Source: Klebsormidium nitens (taxonomy: Eukaryota; Plantae; Klebsormidiophyceae). Taken from it: DNA of 64,000 bases. The stretch spans positions 1 to 64,000 of the forward strand of contig DF237154.1 in NCBI GenBank assembly GCA_000708835.1, written 5' to 3'. Below the pieces are notes generated by a model. The model saw only the letters and a program-made list of their open reading frames with translations. It was not told the DNA's origin and made no database searches. Each line of letters starts with the position of its first letter. Position 1 is the stretch's first letter. Shown piece after piece: positions 36,275-49,289 of this stretch. Position numbers and translations under genes: made by a program.

Positions 36275-39045
36275 GTTAAGCGGTCAAGCTTTAGGGCTTA
36301 GGTTCACGAACTTGTGTGGTTCGACACGGTTAGCAAGTGGACAACGAACTAGAGGGGGAGGTGAAACAGAGAGAACACCGGAGAGAACAGAATACTGGCT
36401 TGGTTGGAGTAGTAGCGTCTTAGGTTGCAAAAAGATATTAGTATAAAGGTTCGGTAATGCATCCACGATCTCGCACGTGGCACCTACGCTTCAGGTTTCA
36501 ACCAGACGGCCTGGGGCATTTTTCTGCGCCGGAGAAGGTCACTTTGTAGATGATGTTCCCGTCGAAGAACGCCTGTCCCAAGCGAATGGTTAGAGGAAAA
36601 CGAAGCTCAGTGTATCTGGTTCTCTTGAGTGACGAATGTCTCTTGCAGCCACCGAGACCCCAACAAATCAGGCTTCGATCACGTATATGATTATTCGGTG
36701 TACGTCTGAACGGCTTGGTATGACAGGGCGCTCGCGTCGTTCGAGATTCACTAGGTACATGTTCGTATCACCTACACTTGAGCGCTTTGCATGAAAGGGC
36801 GATGCGCTTATATGAGGCGCACTTGGCCGGATCTGCGGCAGACTGGCGGACCGCAACTCAGTCAATACAGTATTCTGCGAAGCGACTGGCACCCTATGAC
36901 TGATATCTTTGCTCTTCTGTTGAAATAGCAATCCTGGACTTAAATATTGACTTTAGGCCAAGGTGAAACGTGATGTGACCTCTGAAGAACTTCGACTCCA
37001 TCCTCGTGATTGAATGGATTCTCGTTACCCCTCTATGCCCCATGATAGGCTGAACGGGCGGAACGTCGACTCGCCCGACTCCACCAAGAAAATTAGTATC
37101 TATCAAGCTGAGACTTTCATTATGAGATGCTGTGCCGTCAGGGCGAAAAATGCTCCGCGCTTTTGCAGAACGAACCTGGCGGCCGGTCGGCGCTATATTA
37201 TGAGTTGCTCGGGCTTGGTTTCAATGTTTCTTGCGGCCAAGTTCAGTCAGTCGAACTCAAGAAATCCTTGTTTTGACTTAAATGGAAGGAGTTCGAAAGT
37301 CGGAACAGTTGCCTCCAATGGCCGCGTGTTGTCCGTCAAAGATGCGCGCGTATGTTGGATGTGAAGCAGAATGTCTGCTCGAATTGCTAGTGTAAGTACC
37401 AGTACATTCAGCTTGTTTGTCCACGAGAGGCCCTTAAGAGTCTCCTTGCCCGGGCTCTTTCGGCCCGATAACAGTCAGCAAACACCTATTTCCCTGGGTC
37501 CAAATTTCAGCCTCTCTACGAAAAGGAAAGCCAGCTCTTCGGATGTAGCAACAAGTTCTCCTCCTTGACTCGAGCACAGTACTGATTGCATGTACCTAAA
37601 GTATGGAAATTTTGGAAGCTATTTTTATTCTGACCCTCTGGGTCTCGTGGTGCCGCATAATCTGCAAACCGTGGGTCACTGCACCCCGGCTCTGTAGGGT
37701 CTATAAAAGGCCAGATTTCTTGTGTTTTGGTTCCCGGGGATTTGGTTCCCGGGGACGCCGTCCTTTAGGTGCGCAGAATCCGCTTTGATTAGGTAAAGCT
37801 TCTACAATCTGCAAACACTGGCAGGCGGTGTCGAACTTGGGCTCGGCCACGCTTCTGAGCCGTCCAGGCTTTGATGGAAGCGGCAAGTAACTTTAGGCTG
37901 TGGCTGTCGATGCCTCTTGCACGTACAAGAGCCAGTTGTGATACGGTTCTGTTGCTTTTCCAGGCTGCTTTTGTTCAGGTTAGTGGCCGGGAAAGGAGAA
38001 TAAACTCGTTGTGAAAGACAGATTTGAAGATTTTCACACAGCTTGCGGACATCCGCGTCAACTTCAGAAAATCCTAAACCCACACAAAAACCTTCGTGAG
38101 GATCTCTGATTCACAAACCGGAGTTTTAAAGGTAGCTTTGGGAGCCTGCTTGAACGTAGGAAGAAAAAGTGTTGAATCAGGGTCAGAACTCTCAGCAACT
38201 TGACGTTCTGCAGCAGATCGCAATCTACTGTTAGTTGAGGCCCGGACTCGAACAGCCGACGTCCAGATTCGATCACCTCCGGGGAAATCGTCCCACTGTG
38301 AGAATACTCATCCCACTCCACAAACCCAACCACGGTTGCGAGACAGTCGGTCTAAATCTATGTATTCTTGCAGCGAACCACTGGTAACGTCACCTTTCAT
38401 GAGTTTGGTCCGTTACCCGCGGAACGGAACGGAAACACCAAGCGGCCGGCGACGGAACAACAGCGCGCGCTGATGGACTCCTGTTGAAAGAGCCTTTTCA
38501 AACGTCAGAGCTCTTTGCGGTATGCCTCTGGCAACTTGAATCATAGGTAACCGATGCACCGAAGTATGTGATTATACTGGCGTGCTTGGTTCAGGAAGTG
38601 TCCCCAGGTCAGAACCTCTGACTGCCAATTTCACAAGCAGAGCAGAAGTCCAAGTCGCGACATTAGCGTATGGTACGACAGTTCTACAGTGTAAATAGTG
38701 ACTCCAGTACGGTTGCATCATATGATTCACGCTTCGACCACGAATCTAATAATGCCAAGGCGTATGCATCAGATTCATGATTCTGCATCAATGTTGTGAT
38801 CTGATTCCAATAGGCATTTGCAAAGGCAACCGGGCATGAGTTTGATATCATACTAAGGGGCGTTATAGTGCACATGAAGGTCCGATCAAATCAGGGACAG
38901 AACATCTGATACAACAACACCGGGAACTCTCGATCTGAACCCAAACCATTCTTTTGTTACGACGTCTTCATCACGACTCGTGGACGGGCGCCTCATTGCA
39001 AATACTCTTTCATTCGAAGTCAAGCTAGTATCGCGTCCTGAATTT

Positions 39046-41339
39046 CTATCCCGGCCTTGGCAGAACAGGACGCTTTTGTAAGGCAACCCATCTGCATAAA
39101 ATTCGACTTTGCAGTTCAATAGCTGCTAATCCGAATACTCTAAGCACGTCCGGTTCAACAACCGTCCGACTAGGTTCCCAGCCCCCAGGCTGCTCCCTGC
39201 GCCGTCTCCCGTACTTTATCTCATCCACCAACCACTTATATTTGTTGCACATCCAATGATTGCGGCGGACGTCGTCCCCCAAGACGTGCTTCAGCTTCGC
39301 GAACGTACCCGGCACCTGATAGCGTATCCACTGTATATCGTCCCGGTAGCTTCCGCCGAGGCACTCGAGCTCCGTCAACCGGGGGGCTTTAGCAAACAGC
39401 ACCAGCTGCCGCTCTGGGTCCAAGTCCTCGGTGTATTCCAACCCGAATTGCCCGGTGACCTTCTCTAAAGTTGGCGCCCACTTTTCGAGCGCGTACAACC
39501 AGTGCTCGGAAGACAGTTTCCCGTCCAGGAAAAGCTTGACTTCAGTCAGTTTTGGATGAGCGTCCGCAAAGCGCCTCAGCCAAGAACCATGCAGATCTTG
39601 GTATCCAATTGGGTCGTACTTCCGACCGATTGAAAGCCGAACGAGACGCGGGCAGTGATGACGTGTCAGCCCCTTGAACACGCCAACAACGGCTGCTGGC
39701 GTCAACGAAGCGGACAAGCTGCGAAACAAGCGAAACTCCTCCAGGAGCGGCGTCCGCTGAAAGATACCGATGACGTCGTCTTCCGTCAGACCCCCCAGGC
39801 CGGTCAGCCACAGCGTTCGCAGCGGCTCGAGCGGGAACATTGTCACCGGGATCCTTGCAGGGCGAGGCGGCTGCTTGCGTTTCCGCAGCTCACGCGCAGC
39901 CCCAGCTTTGTGCGCGTCGCCCAATATAAGAGTCCGGACGCTTTTACAGCCGTAGTTTTCAGCGACCAGCGAATCGTTTTCGGACTGAGCAAGGAAAGTG
40001 ATGCCGGGTGACAGCTCGAGCATCCGCAAGCAGTGTCCGAGGGAGGAGAGGGCGCTATGGAGGCCGGCCGAGGAGACGGGCGAATGGGCGATCGACAGGT
40101 GGCGGAGCGTGCCACGTTCGGCTGACGTCTTGATGATGGCGGGCAGCATGAAGGGATGTATCAGCTTGACCTGCAGAGGACCTGGGCAGTTATCAGCTTC
40201 ACTCGACATACGAGTTTGAAAAAGGACAGAACATGGTGGCTACTCGTGGAAGCCCTATTAATAAGACCTCCGGACAAAGTTGTCCTCGCAGATCCTCAGG
40301 ACGTCCAGAATCACGAGAAAGATTACTGTATAACCGTGTCGAAGTTTGCCTTTCTTGTGGCTTGCAGGATGGAAGTGGCCTCTTTCAAAAGTGAGCTTCA
40401 CCAGAAAACTGCTTGGCGGGAAACAGACATGAGAGCAATATTTTGGTGGTTTTTATTGAAGTTCTTGCAAGTAAGCGTACAATAAGTACATCATAAAGCA
40501 AACAGTATGGCAGATTTGATTAGAGCGGGATCAACGTTTTGATGCAGAATGGAGCTGCTTACTTTCACAGAGCAACTTTTGGCAGAAGAGAAATAGGGGT
40601 GGAAAGTGAATGGGGCTCGGCTGAAAGGCGTTTTGTAAAATGGGCGTCATGAAAAACGTTCAAGAAATTGGGTTAACTGTAGGATCGTCCTCGTCTGAAA
40701 GTCTGGCTAGAAAAGAAGAGCAGGTAGCACGATGCATGCGGCCCACATTCGAACATCTGCCGCTATCATTCTAATTGTTCAGAGAAGGCAGGTATGATGG
40801 TAAAAATAGAATCGAGATTCCTTCTTTAACTTTGTCTTGAACCTATTCAAATTCTCCAGTGGTTGTTTAATTTGATAAAAAGGAAGGTGGACCGCCCATG
40901 TTTGGAAATCTTTTCTCACCTCTACTAGACTAATTGACTCCCAGGCCTTAGCCCCTAAAGCCGCCACCAGCAGCTCGCAGTTCGCCTGCGTCATCCTGAC
41001 GCCACCTCCTCTGACTTTAACCTTTGTCACCCACTCCCAACGGGGCTCAGAGGTGATGAAGCGGATCACGGTCTGCAACTCATTGTTCAAGCGTTCTTTG
41101 TTGAGCTGCCACGTGCAAGGCGTGTGTGCAGCCTCGACAGCTGACTTGAAATGCTTGCTCACCAGCCTGCAACCTTTGAACCAATCTGAGGAAGCTTCTT
41201 GCAAGTAGTCGTTAAAGACGAGTTGCAGGGCTAGGAAGGGCGGGTAGTCAACTGGCACCTTGAGCTTTCTACGCGAGCCTTTGATGCCCTTAGCTGGTCG
41301 GTGGGCAGGTCCTTCATCATGCTTCAGCTTGCCTGCCAT
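39046..41339 (-). CDS. F-box/LRR (RNI-like) protein; internal and 3' exon structure uncertain
   Basis: Exon 41339-40920 has an F-box-like motif (YPPFLALQLVFNDYL..FKGCRLVSKHFKSAV). The large exon ~40170-39046 has LxxLxL repeats (LRHLSIA, LRMLELS, LRTLWLT, LEEFRLF, LVRLSIG, LTELECL). Coding-looking stretches at 38064-38333 and 38684-38875 may be further exons. Confidence 0.6.
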
Positions 41340-42317
41340 GATTGGCTACAATAAAGCATTCCCAGTTGAGCTGGCGTGATCCACCTTGTCGGTCGCGGCG
41401 CGCCTCAGACTCCTCTGAACAGATCTCTGTGATAGTAATCCCTTTGAATATGAACGCCCGTTTGAGAGATGCAGGGTTTTGCAGGCTGCTTGATTCGCAG
41501 GGTTGTGCAGGCTGCTTGATTCAGCCTCTGGGTATCATCATACAATCCTTAAATCTTCACAGGCCGCCCCAGCAGATCAGCCTTAGAGGTCTTCATGTAT
41601 TGTCGTCACGTCACCGTGAGCAGACGCGCCCGCGCCTGCGTTTCATATCCCAGATTCCCACTACCGCCAGGTAGGCCTACCGTGCACGGTCGGCCGCGGG
41701 CGGGCCAGCCAGTGCAGCGCGGCCGGGCGCTACCACGTGACTCAGGGTTTCGGACCTCAAACAGTGGCGGCGGCCGCGGAAGCGAGGCGGCGGTGACGTT
41801 CGGTGACGTCCGTGCTGCCAAGATGATGACGCATCCGAAGAGGATGTATGACAATATCCAACGGTTCAGACCAAAGGAAACAGCGGAGGCTACCATATCG
41901 ACGGCTGGGGTCACTTGGCTCTCTCCTGCTTCCTCGACAGGACGCACAGAGGGGTCGCTCAGAGTGCCGGCATAAAAGCGAAATCCAGAGCTCATTCGCA
42001 CAAACAAAACAAAAGCATTCCAGCAAACAAGCAATCCAGCTCTCATCAGCGCACACGCACAGGAAGAAGTAGAAGCTCTAAGGAAGCTCCAAAGAAGGCT
42101 CCTTCACAGCTACAAAGCAAGCTCCAAAGGCAGCTTCATAGATTTGTGAGAAGCAAACCTCCGAAGAGCTTTCAGTGATACACAACCTAAGGAAGCCTAT
42201 CTTGTCCAAGAGACAAAGCCGCGCAGGTTTCTTAGAGGCGCATTGAACGTACGCCATATCCCTTGAACAGAGGATCCCAAGAGAAGAACAAGGCAATCAC
42301 ACAACATAAAAGGAAAC

Positions 42318-45300
42318 ATGGCTAGTGTAGAGGACATGGTATTCAGGATGGCCGCTGTGCAGCTGATGACTGATGAGGAGGTGCAGGCGGTCCCGCAGGC
42401 GTATGAGGACGGGGAGGCAGGCTTTGGGGCGCTCAAGTCGGAGAGGGGGCTCTTCCCCCTGCGGTCTATCAAGGTTGGTATATGTCTCTGACGCTGTGCT
42501 TTTGATGACCCCCACTCGTTTCCCTCTATGTATTAGCCGTCTCAAAGCTGGCCTTCTTCAGGAGCCACCAGGTGATTTAATGGTGTGCCTTTTGTGATGG
42601 GAATTGAACAAACCCACTTGTACTTGCATGGAATAGTCCATCTTCGTCCTGGCCTTTCATAAAACGAGCTCCTTTTCAACGTGAATTTCAAATGGGTGAT
42701 GGAACTGCGTTAGAATCTTGCATGGAGACGTTTTTGTTCATTTAAGAATCAAATCTTTTCCTTCATATAAACGGCACAATTACATACTCCTCCTCACTCA
42801 ATAAAGATTACAGGTATTCAAAGCAGAAAGCTTGATTTTGTTGACGAGATCACGATGAGCTCGTGGAAAGGTCTCGCGAAGAATCATCTGAATGAGGAGA
42901 GGATAAGCTCTCCAACGGCTGCTTTCATATGGAGACGCTTCAGATCGATGTTGGAAGCTGTGGCAAACTCGCGTCCTTGTCCATTGTGAGAGCAGGCTTT
43001 GTTCAGATAACAGTCAGCAAAGCGAAGAAGGAGGACGTAAATCTACATAAATGCCTCAAATTTTGTTGCTAAGCACCAAATACTGCTGAAGGGCCCAGGA
43101 TGTCTCATGAAGGTTCACGGGAAGAGGGGCTTACGGTGGATACCTAGGCGTTCAGAGGCGAAGCCTGCGCCCCTGTCTTGCTCTCTGGCGTAGCATTCTT
43201 GACTATTTGATCTTTGAGGAAACACAGGGCAAGAGCGCAACGAGGTGATAAGCAAGGGGGCGAGTTTGTCTGTGAATCCAAGCTTTTTTAATAGTGCTGA
43301 ACAAAGCATTGACTTTGAACAAAACATTGGACGTTTCCTTCTCTCCTTCCTCTCGAAAAGTTATTTCCAAGTAACAAGCTTGAGTCCAACCACGCTAACA
43401 TGGTTAATGTTGCGTCATCCTGTCCAGGTCGCCGCCAAGGTCTCGTCCCTCTCCAGCCACATCACCCTGGAGCAGACTTTCCTGAACGCCTTCGACGCTC
43501 CCTTGGAGGCGACCTACATCTTCCCCCTCCCCAGCCGGGCAGCAGTGACGTCATTCCGGCTGGAGGTTAGGGACCGGGTTGTGGAGGGGGTTACCAAGGA
43601 GAGGGAGGAGGCCCGGCAAGGGTACACACAAGCGATTGCGCAGGGTCACCGCGCTGCCATTGCTGAGGAGGAACGGTCTGGGGTAAGAGAACATATGAAT
43701 ACGCCTTCATTCTTTTTTCCTTCTTGCTCTGCTTATGCAAATCAAGCCGTTCTCAGTCTGTGCGTCTCTTTATTCTGGCTGCTTTGTGAGGTACACACTT
43801 CGACACTCCCTTTGTAGTAAATATTATGTAAGGACGGCAAGCTGATCTGCTTGCCATACGAGTGGTCTTCGGCGACATTTTCCTCCAGGAATTCCACAGG
43901 TTCTTTTGAGACTGCAAATCCTTGCCGTATGACATGGTTCAACGCGGCTCAGTTGTGAAATGCAGCAAATGCAGACTTGATCGAGCTTCCGTCCTCTTCT
44001 GCTGCACCCCAATAACCACGCCTTGACTGAACGAAACCTCCTCTAAACCCGCAGGTGATCACCATCCGCGTCGGCAACATCGGCGCGGGCGAAGTCGCGG
44101 CGGTGCGCCTCACGATGGCCGCGCCTCTCCCCTTCACCGACGGCGAAGCGACGTTCCGCTTTCCGCTTCTTGTAGCGCCCCGGTACATTCCGGGCGTGAA
44201 GTTGGGCGGAACGGACGTTGGCAGCGGAACGGCTGAGGACACGGACATGACGCCGGACGCTTCGAGAATCAGCCCCCCGACGATGGTTACCCTGCCGGGT
44301 TTTCCGGACCCTGTTCAACTGAGCATTGAGGTAAGTTGAGAAAGATTGCTCTTACTTTTCGCAACGAAATCCAAAATCGAGTATGATTGTGAAAGTTTCC
44401 CCGTCTTGGGAGACACACGCAGCAACAAGCAGATGCTGACTATAGTACCAGACTGTAGGTACTTCTGAACTGGAGCACGAGAAACGAAGGTTAACGACAG
44501 AAACTTTGACGACTCCATCTCTGAACCTTCAAGATTTCATTTCTGCATCGACAATTTTAAAGGGAATAGAAAAGTTTCCGCCTTTGATACGCTGCAACTG
44601 AAAACCACGGGTTCCCTCTTTTGAGAAGTCAGCGGCAATGGGAATAACGGCTTACAAAGGTTCTCTTGCAAAATGCAGGTTGAGTTCGACGCCGCCTCGC
44701 TTCCGGTCTCCAACGTCCGCTCTAGCTTGCACACCGTCACGCTCACCGATGTCGAAGCGGACGGCCAGCAGGGTGCCACGTCACCCTCTGTCGCCATCCG
44801 ACGGCTCAAACTGGACCCCGAGGGAGACCGCCGTCTGAACCGAGACTTCATCCTCCGTTTCAACGTCACGACTCCGTCACTGATGACGGCATCGCTGGTG
44901 CTGTCAGACGACCAGGGCGGCGAGTCCCAGGAAGGCACGTGGCAGCTGACTCTGATCGCGCCGCAGGGGGGTGCAAGTGGCGGGGCAACGACCCCCCGGG
45001 ATGTGGCTTTCGTGCTCGACAGGTCGGGGTCAATGAGCGGCTGGAAGATGGTAGCAGCTAGGAGCGCCACCGCGCGTGTGGTAAGTCATATGTCCCAATT
45101 CTTCTCTTCGTTTTATTGCTTCTCTGAAGGGCAGCCAGCCAAAGACGTAACACTACAAGCTGGTATCTTCTCGCCGTCACTGCTCTTAGCAATGATGTTT
45201 CCGCTTCGAAACGGGTTGCACTGGGATTCTTTTTATCTAGGTCGTGGATGATTATGGTGGTTGGACGAGAGGCCTTTGGTGAGTTGAAAAAAAGTTTCTC

Positions 45301-47643
45301 ATGCGCACTATGTACGCAAAATTTTGGCTGCCAAACGTCGAAATGTACTTTCAGTTTAGAGAAGGTTCATCAACAAAAGATGGACTTACTTGAAGTTAAA
45401 GTATTGATTCTGTGCGCTTCGCACGAGAAGCTGTCAAACGGTAATCTCTGAACTTCCCTGCGCTTTCTCCTCTCACCAGGTTGACACTCTGACCGACGCC
45501 GACCGCTTCACGCTCCTCGCCTTCGACAATTCCATTGAGACCCCCCCGGGGCATTCGATTCACTCTCTGGTCGCCGCAACAGACTACAACCGCCAGTCTG
45601 TGGTCAACTATCTGTCGAAGCTGGAGGCCCGGGGGGGGACCGAGATGGCCGGGCCTTTGGAGCGCGCGGCCGACGCGCTCCAGGCACCGCGGGTTCAGGG
45701 TTCCGGAGGGTTTTGGCCGCCACGTGGCGCGGAGGCCGCGGCGGTTAGGGACCGGGTTTTGGTGCTGGTTACGGACGGGCAGGTTGGGGACGAGGACTGG
45801 ATCATGGGAGAGCTGGCGCCAAAATTACAGGTAGGTGCTTCGAACGCGTCCTTTGTCCAGTTACGTTGCGCATGAGAGTTGGTGCGGAGCGTTTTTCATG
45901 CTAGACAAGCCGCTGCAGAAATGCGTTCCGCAGCGACAGGAAACATTTAAGCTTGTTTTAGGCTTCTCAAAAAATACAAAAAGTCGATGTTACCCTCGCT
46001 GATCTCACGTGAGAGTGTCGTCTTTGAACGTGTCGAGACAAAAGTACGACCTTCCTGGCCATGAGGTAGTCACAGGTGAAAGCAAAGAGCTCTCAAACGC
46101 TCTCTTGTATCAGTCCTTCTAGAATTCACCAATAACAACTTCTCTCCGAGCACCACAAGAGATTTCAAAGAAGAAAGGGATAATCCGCAACGTCTTTGAA
46201 GGACCTTTTCAAAGCATACAGGCGTCAATCTACACGACACTTCCCTTGCATCTTCAATCCTTGCTCACCATTCCGTACCGTTCCAATATTACAGGGCGTT
46301 CGCATCTTCACCCTGGGCATCGACCAGTCCGTCAACGAGGGCTTCCTCACTCGCTTCGCCGCCCTTACTCCGGGGGGCGCCTGCGAGCTCGTCGAAAGCC
46401 AGGGCCGCCTCGAAAACGCTATGGACCGCATCCACCGGCTTATCGCCACCCCCGCGCTTATCGACGTCCAGATTGACGGCCCCCGAGGCTCCGGAATCGA
46501 GCCCATGCTTGACGCTACGTCGCCCGCGAAACTGGGGGCGGTCTTCACCGGCATACCGGCAGTTGTCAGCGGTAGGTACCGCAAGACCGCGGCGCAAAGT
46601 TTGGGCGCGGCCGCGGGAGGCGGCGGCCGCTTCGTGACCGTTTCGGCGAACTTGACCGCGGCCGGCGAAAACTGGAACGAAGCTGTTCCGGCGCAGCAAA
46701 CCCTGAACCCAGCGCTGGGCGCGCTCTGGGCGCGCGCGCGCTCATCCGCGAGCTCGACGACCGCTACACGATCGCGGCCGCGCCCCGCTACACCAGCTAC
46801 GGCGTCAAGGACTCAAACCCCGAGAAACCCGACGAGCTGCGCGCGCGCATCCTGGCGCTGTCGCTGCGCTTCAGCGTCCTCTGCCGCTTCAGCGCGTTCG
46901 TGGCCGCGGATCGCGCGGAGAAGGTCGAATCGGACGGCGCTCCGTTGACGCAAGTGACGCAGCCAGTGGAGGCCCCCGGGGGTTGGAAGCTGGGCGCTAT
47001 GGGCGGAAGGGGCGGAAGGGGCGGAATGCCCGGAGCGGCCCCCCAGGCGAGCTGCGGGGCGTCGAGGGGACTCGCCAAAAAGGAGAGAGGCAGCATCCGC
47101 ATTACGCGCCAGACTGCACGGCCCCAAGGAGGGTTGAAGGGATTGAGCCCGGGAGTCGTCCCGACAAGCGCGCCGTTTTACACCGGGGAAGGAATGGGCT
47201 GCGAAGAGAGTGCGGAATGCGACGCCGCCGCCCCCTATCGCGACCCGGTGTGGGAGTCAGCGATCTCGGGAGCCAGTGCGGGGAGCACACGTGGCGGGGC
47301 TGCGGCGCACAAGAAGGCCAAGAGAATCGGCACCGCCACGGGAGCTTCCGCGAAACCCTTAAACCCCGGCGATCAGCGCGCGGCGGTCGCGGGGTGTCTG
47401 GAGACGGTCCGCGCGCTACAGAGCCCGGGGCAGGTGGCGGACGGCGATCTGCTGAAGAAACTGGTGGAGGGTTTAAGGGAGGTTTTGGCGCGGGTCATGG
47501 AGCGCTGGCAGACTGCGGCGTCGTTCGATGTGGTGAGAAAGGCGGCGAAGGCGTTTGAGGCGGGCGGGGCACTCGACCGGACACTCTTGGGGGAGCTGCA
47601 GGCGGCACTGGAGAGGATCGAGCAGTCTTTGGGGTCGCCGTAA
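42318..47643 (+). CDS. VIT + von Willebrand factor A domain protein (inter-alpha-trypsin inhibitor family), bacterial-like; one frameshift at 46730-46740
   Basis: Exons 42318-42473, 43428-43682, 44055-44330, 44679-45080, 45480-45830, 46295-47643, all phase 0. VIT motifs LEATYIFPLP and FRFPLLVAPRYIPG. vWA MIDAS DRSGSMSG, GGTEM and LVLVTDGQVG. The reading frame shifts in a (CG)n run after LWARA. Confidence 0.9.
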
Positions 47644-49289
47644 AGCAGAGCTAGCGTCTTTTGAAAGAGATGAGAAGATCAGAGGCTTATAGGGGGAGGT
47701 CGATAACTCAGAAATGAGCAGGAGTGATGGGGAAACAGTCGCAGAAAGGTCCATTTGGGAGCGAGGTACATGAGAAAACAGAGAGTTTGATTCAAGCAGG
47801 AAGATCAGGGGGATCTGTCGAGTCGGACTGAAACCGGCGAAATGAAGCTCCAGTCAGATGAGGATAGGGTGCCAGTTTTGAATCAGACTCCGATGTTCCT
47901 TTCCACAAACTTTGCACGAAAAGCACATTTGCAACCCAAGTAGAAGAAAAGGGACCGTCTGTCATGGAGAAAAGAGTCGGGCGGCGTCCCTGGGCTTATG
48001 CTTCTGGGTCAGTGTAGAGCATTGCAATAATGATGTACAAAGAGACGGCTTGCAGAGTATCATGGGGTTACTGCTGGAAGTTACAAGGGCGAATGAACAT
48101 GTCTTGAGTGTAGTTAGTGGAGACATGCTATGATGGTGCTGAAACCATGACGGACTTTTGGGTTGTTCGTTGGTTATTTCAATAGCTGCATGGGACTCTT
48201 AAGGCGGGACCGTCCAGATGTCGAATCGATCGCGGGATTGTTTCAGTGTGTAAGAAGCCCCGGCTGACTTTTGTATATCTTCCACGAACTGGGATCTTTG
48301 AGGACAGAAGAAGCGTAGGTTAGAATGTAGGACGGTTTGGACAAATATTCACATTCAAGCGCAAGTATGAGTCCCGCGGTGTGACTCACGCCGACGATCT
48401 GCCGGATCGACAGGCTCCAGCTAGTATGTATCGATGAGAACTGTCGAAGCCCTTTCCATATAAAAGCGAGCTCTTGGTTGCATGCCACACTGTGCCCGCA
48501 GCATGCCGATACTCTTGCACAGGCCTACGCGCCCATCATTGTATGCACTGAGACTAATCCACACTACATGGGCGCCGAGACCGCCGGCCTGAAGAACGAA
48601 ACTGTCATAATTATAGTGGCTCAAATCGGATTCATGCTTCACAAGAAAGCTCGATCTGTAGGCCAACTTATGTGCATGCAGACTTCAGGACCAAACGGTC
48701 TACTTCCGAAGGTTTTTGTCCTTCATTGCAAATCGGTCTCAGTTGCACCAAAATTACCTTCTGCATGCCCCGCTCAGACAACCAGCCCCTCTCAATAAGC
48801 CGGCTCAGACATTAGCTCTAGTTACCAGTTAGTCCAATAATCAAATGAAAGTTGCTTAGGCACGTCCAACCTTTACGTTAACAACCATGTCTTAAAGTAA
48901 GCAACCGTCACCCATCCAATTGCATCCGTCAACACGCCTCAAGATCCTGTTCCTAGACTGCCTACTTTCCACGGAGTTGATGGTAGGCCTGCCTCAATTG
49001 AACATGCGTGCCTCGAGCTAGATTTCTTGGCGTTTCTCAGACCTTTTCCTAGATCTACTGAAGGAGTCAATTGAGTTCCTTGGCAATGCATTATGTACCA
49101 TCATATGGTCATTTATTGTCTACAAAAAAAGGTGAATGCTTAGACTTTTAGCTGCTTTTTTGCCTAGGTGTAGAACGTATCAACAGATTTGATCAAGAAA
49201 TTCTCACTTCGTTTCGAAGTTTATCAAACTTTGGCTCCATTTTGACTTCTTCTAAGCGTCAACGGCCGGCCTTTCGTTTCTTTTGCAGG

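Noticed and set aside
41824-41975. Small ORF between the F-box and VIT-vWA genes as a conserved uORF or peptide
   Set aside because: No motif, homology or splice support is visible.
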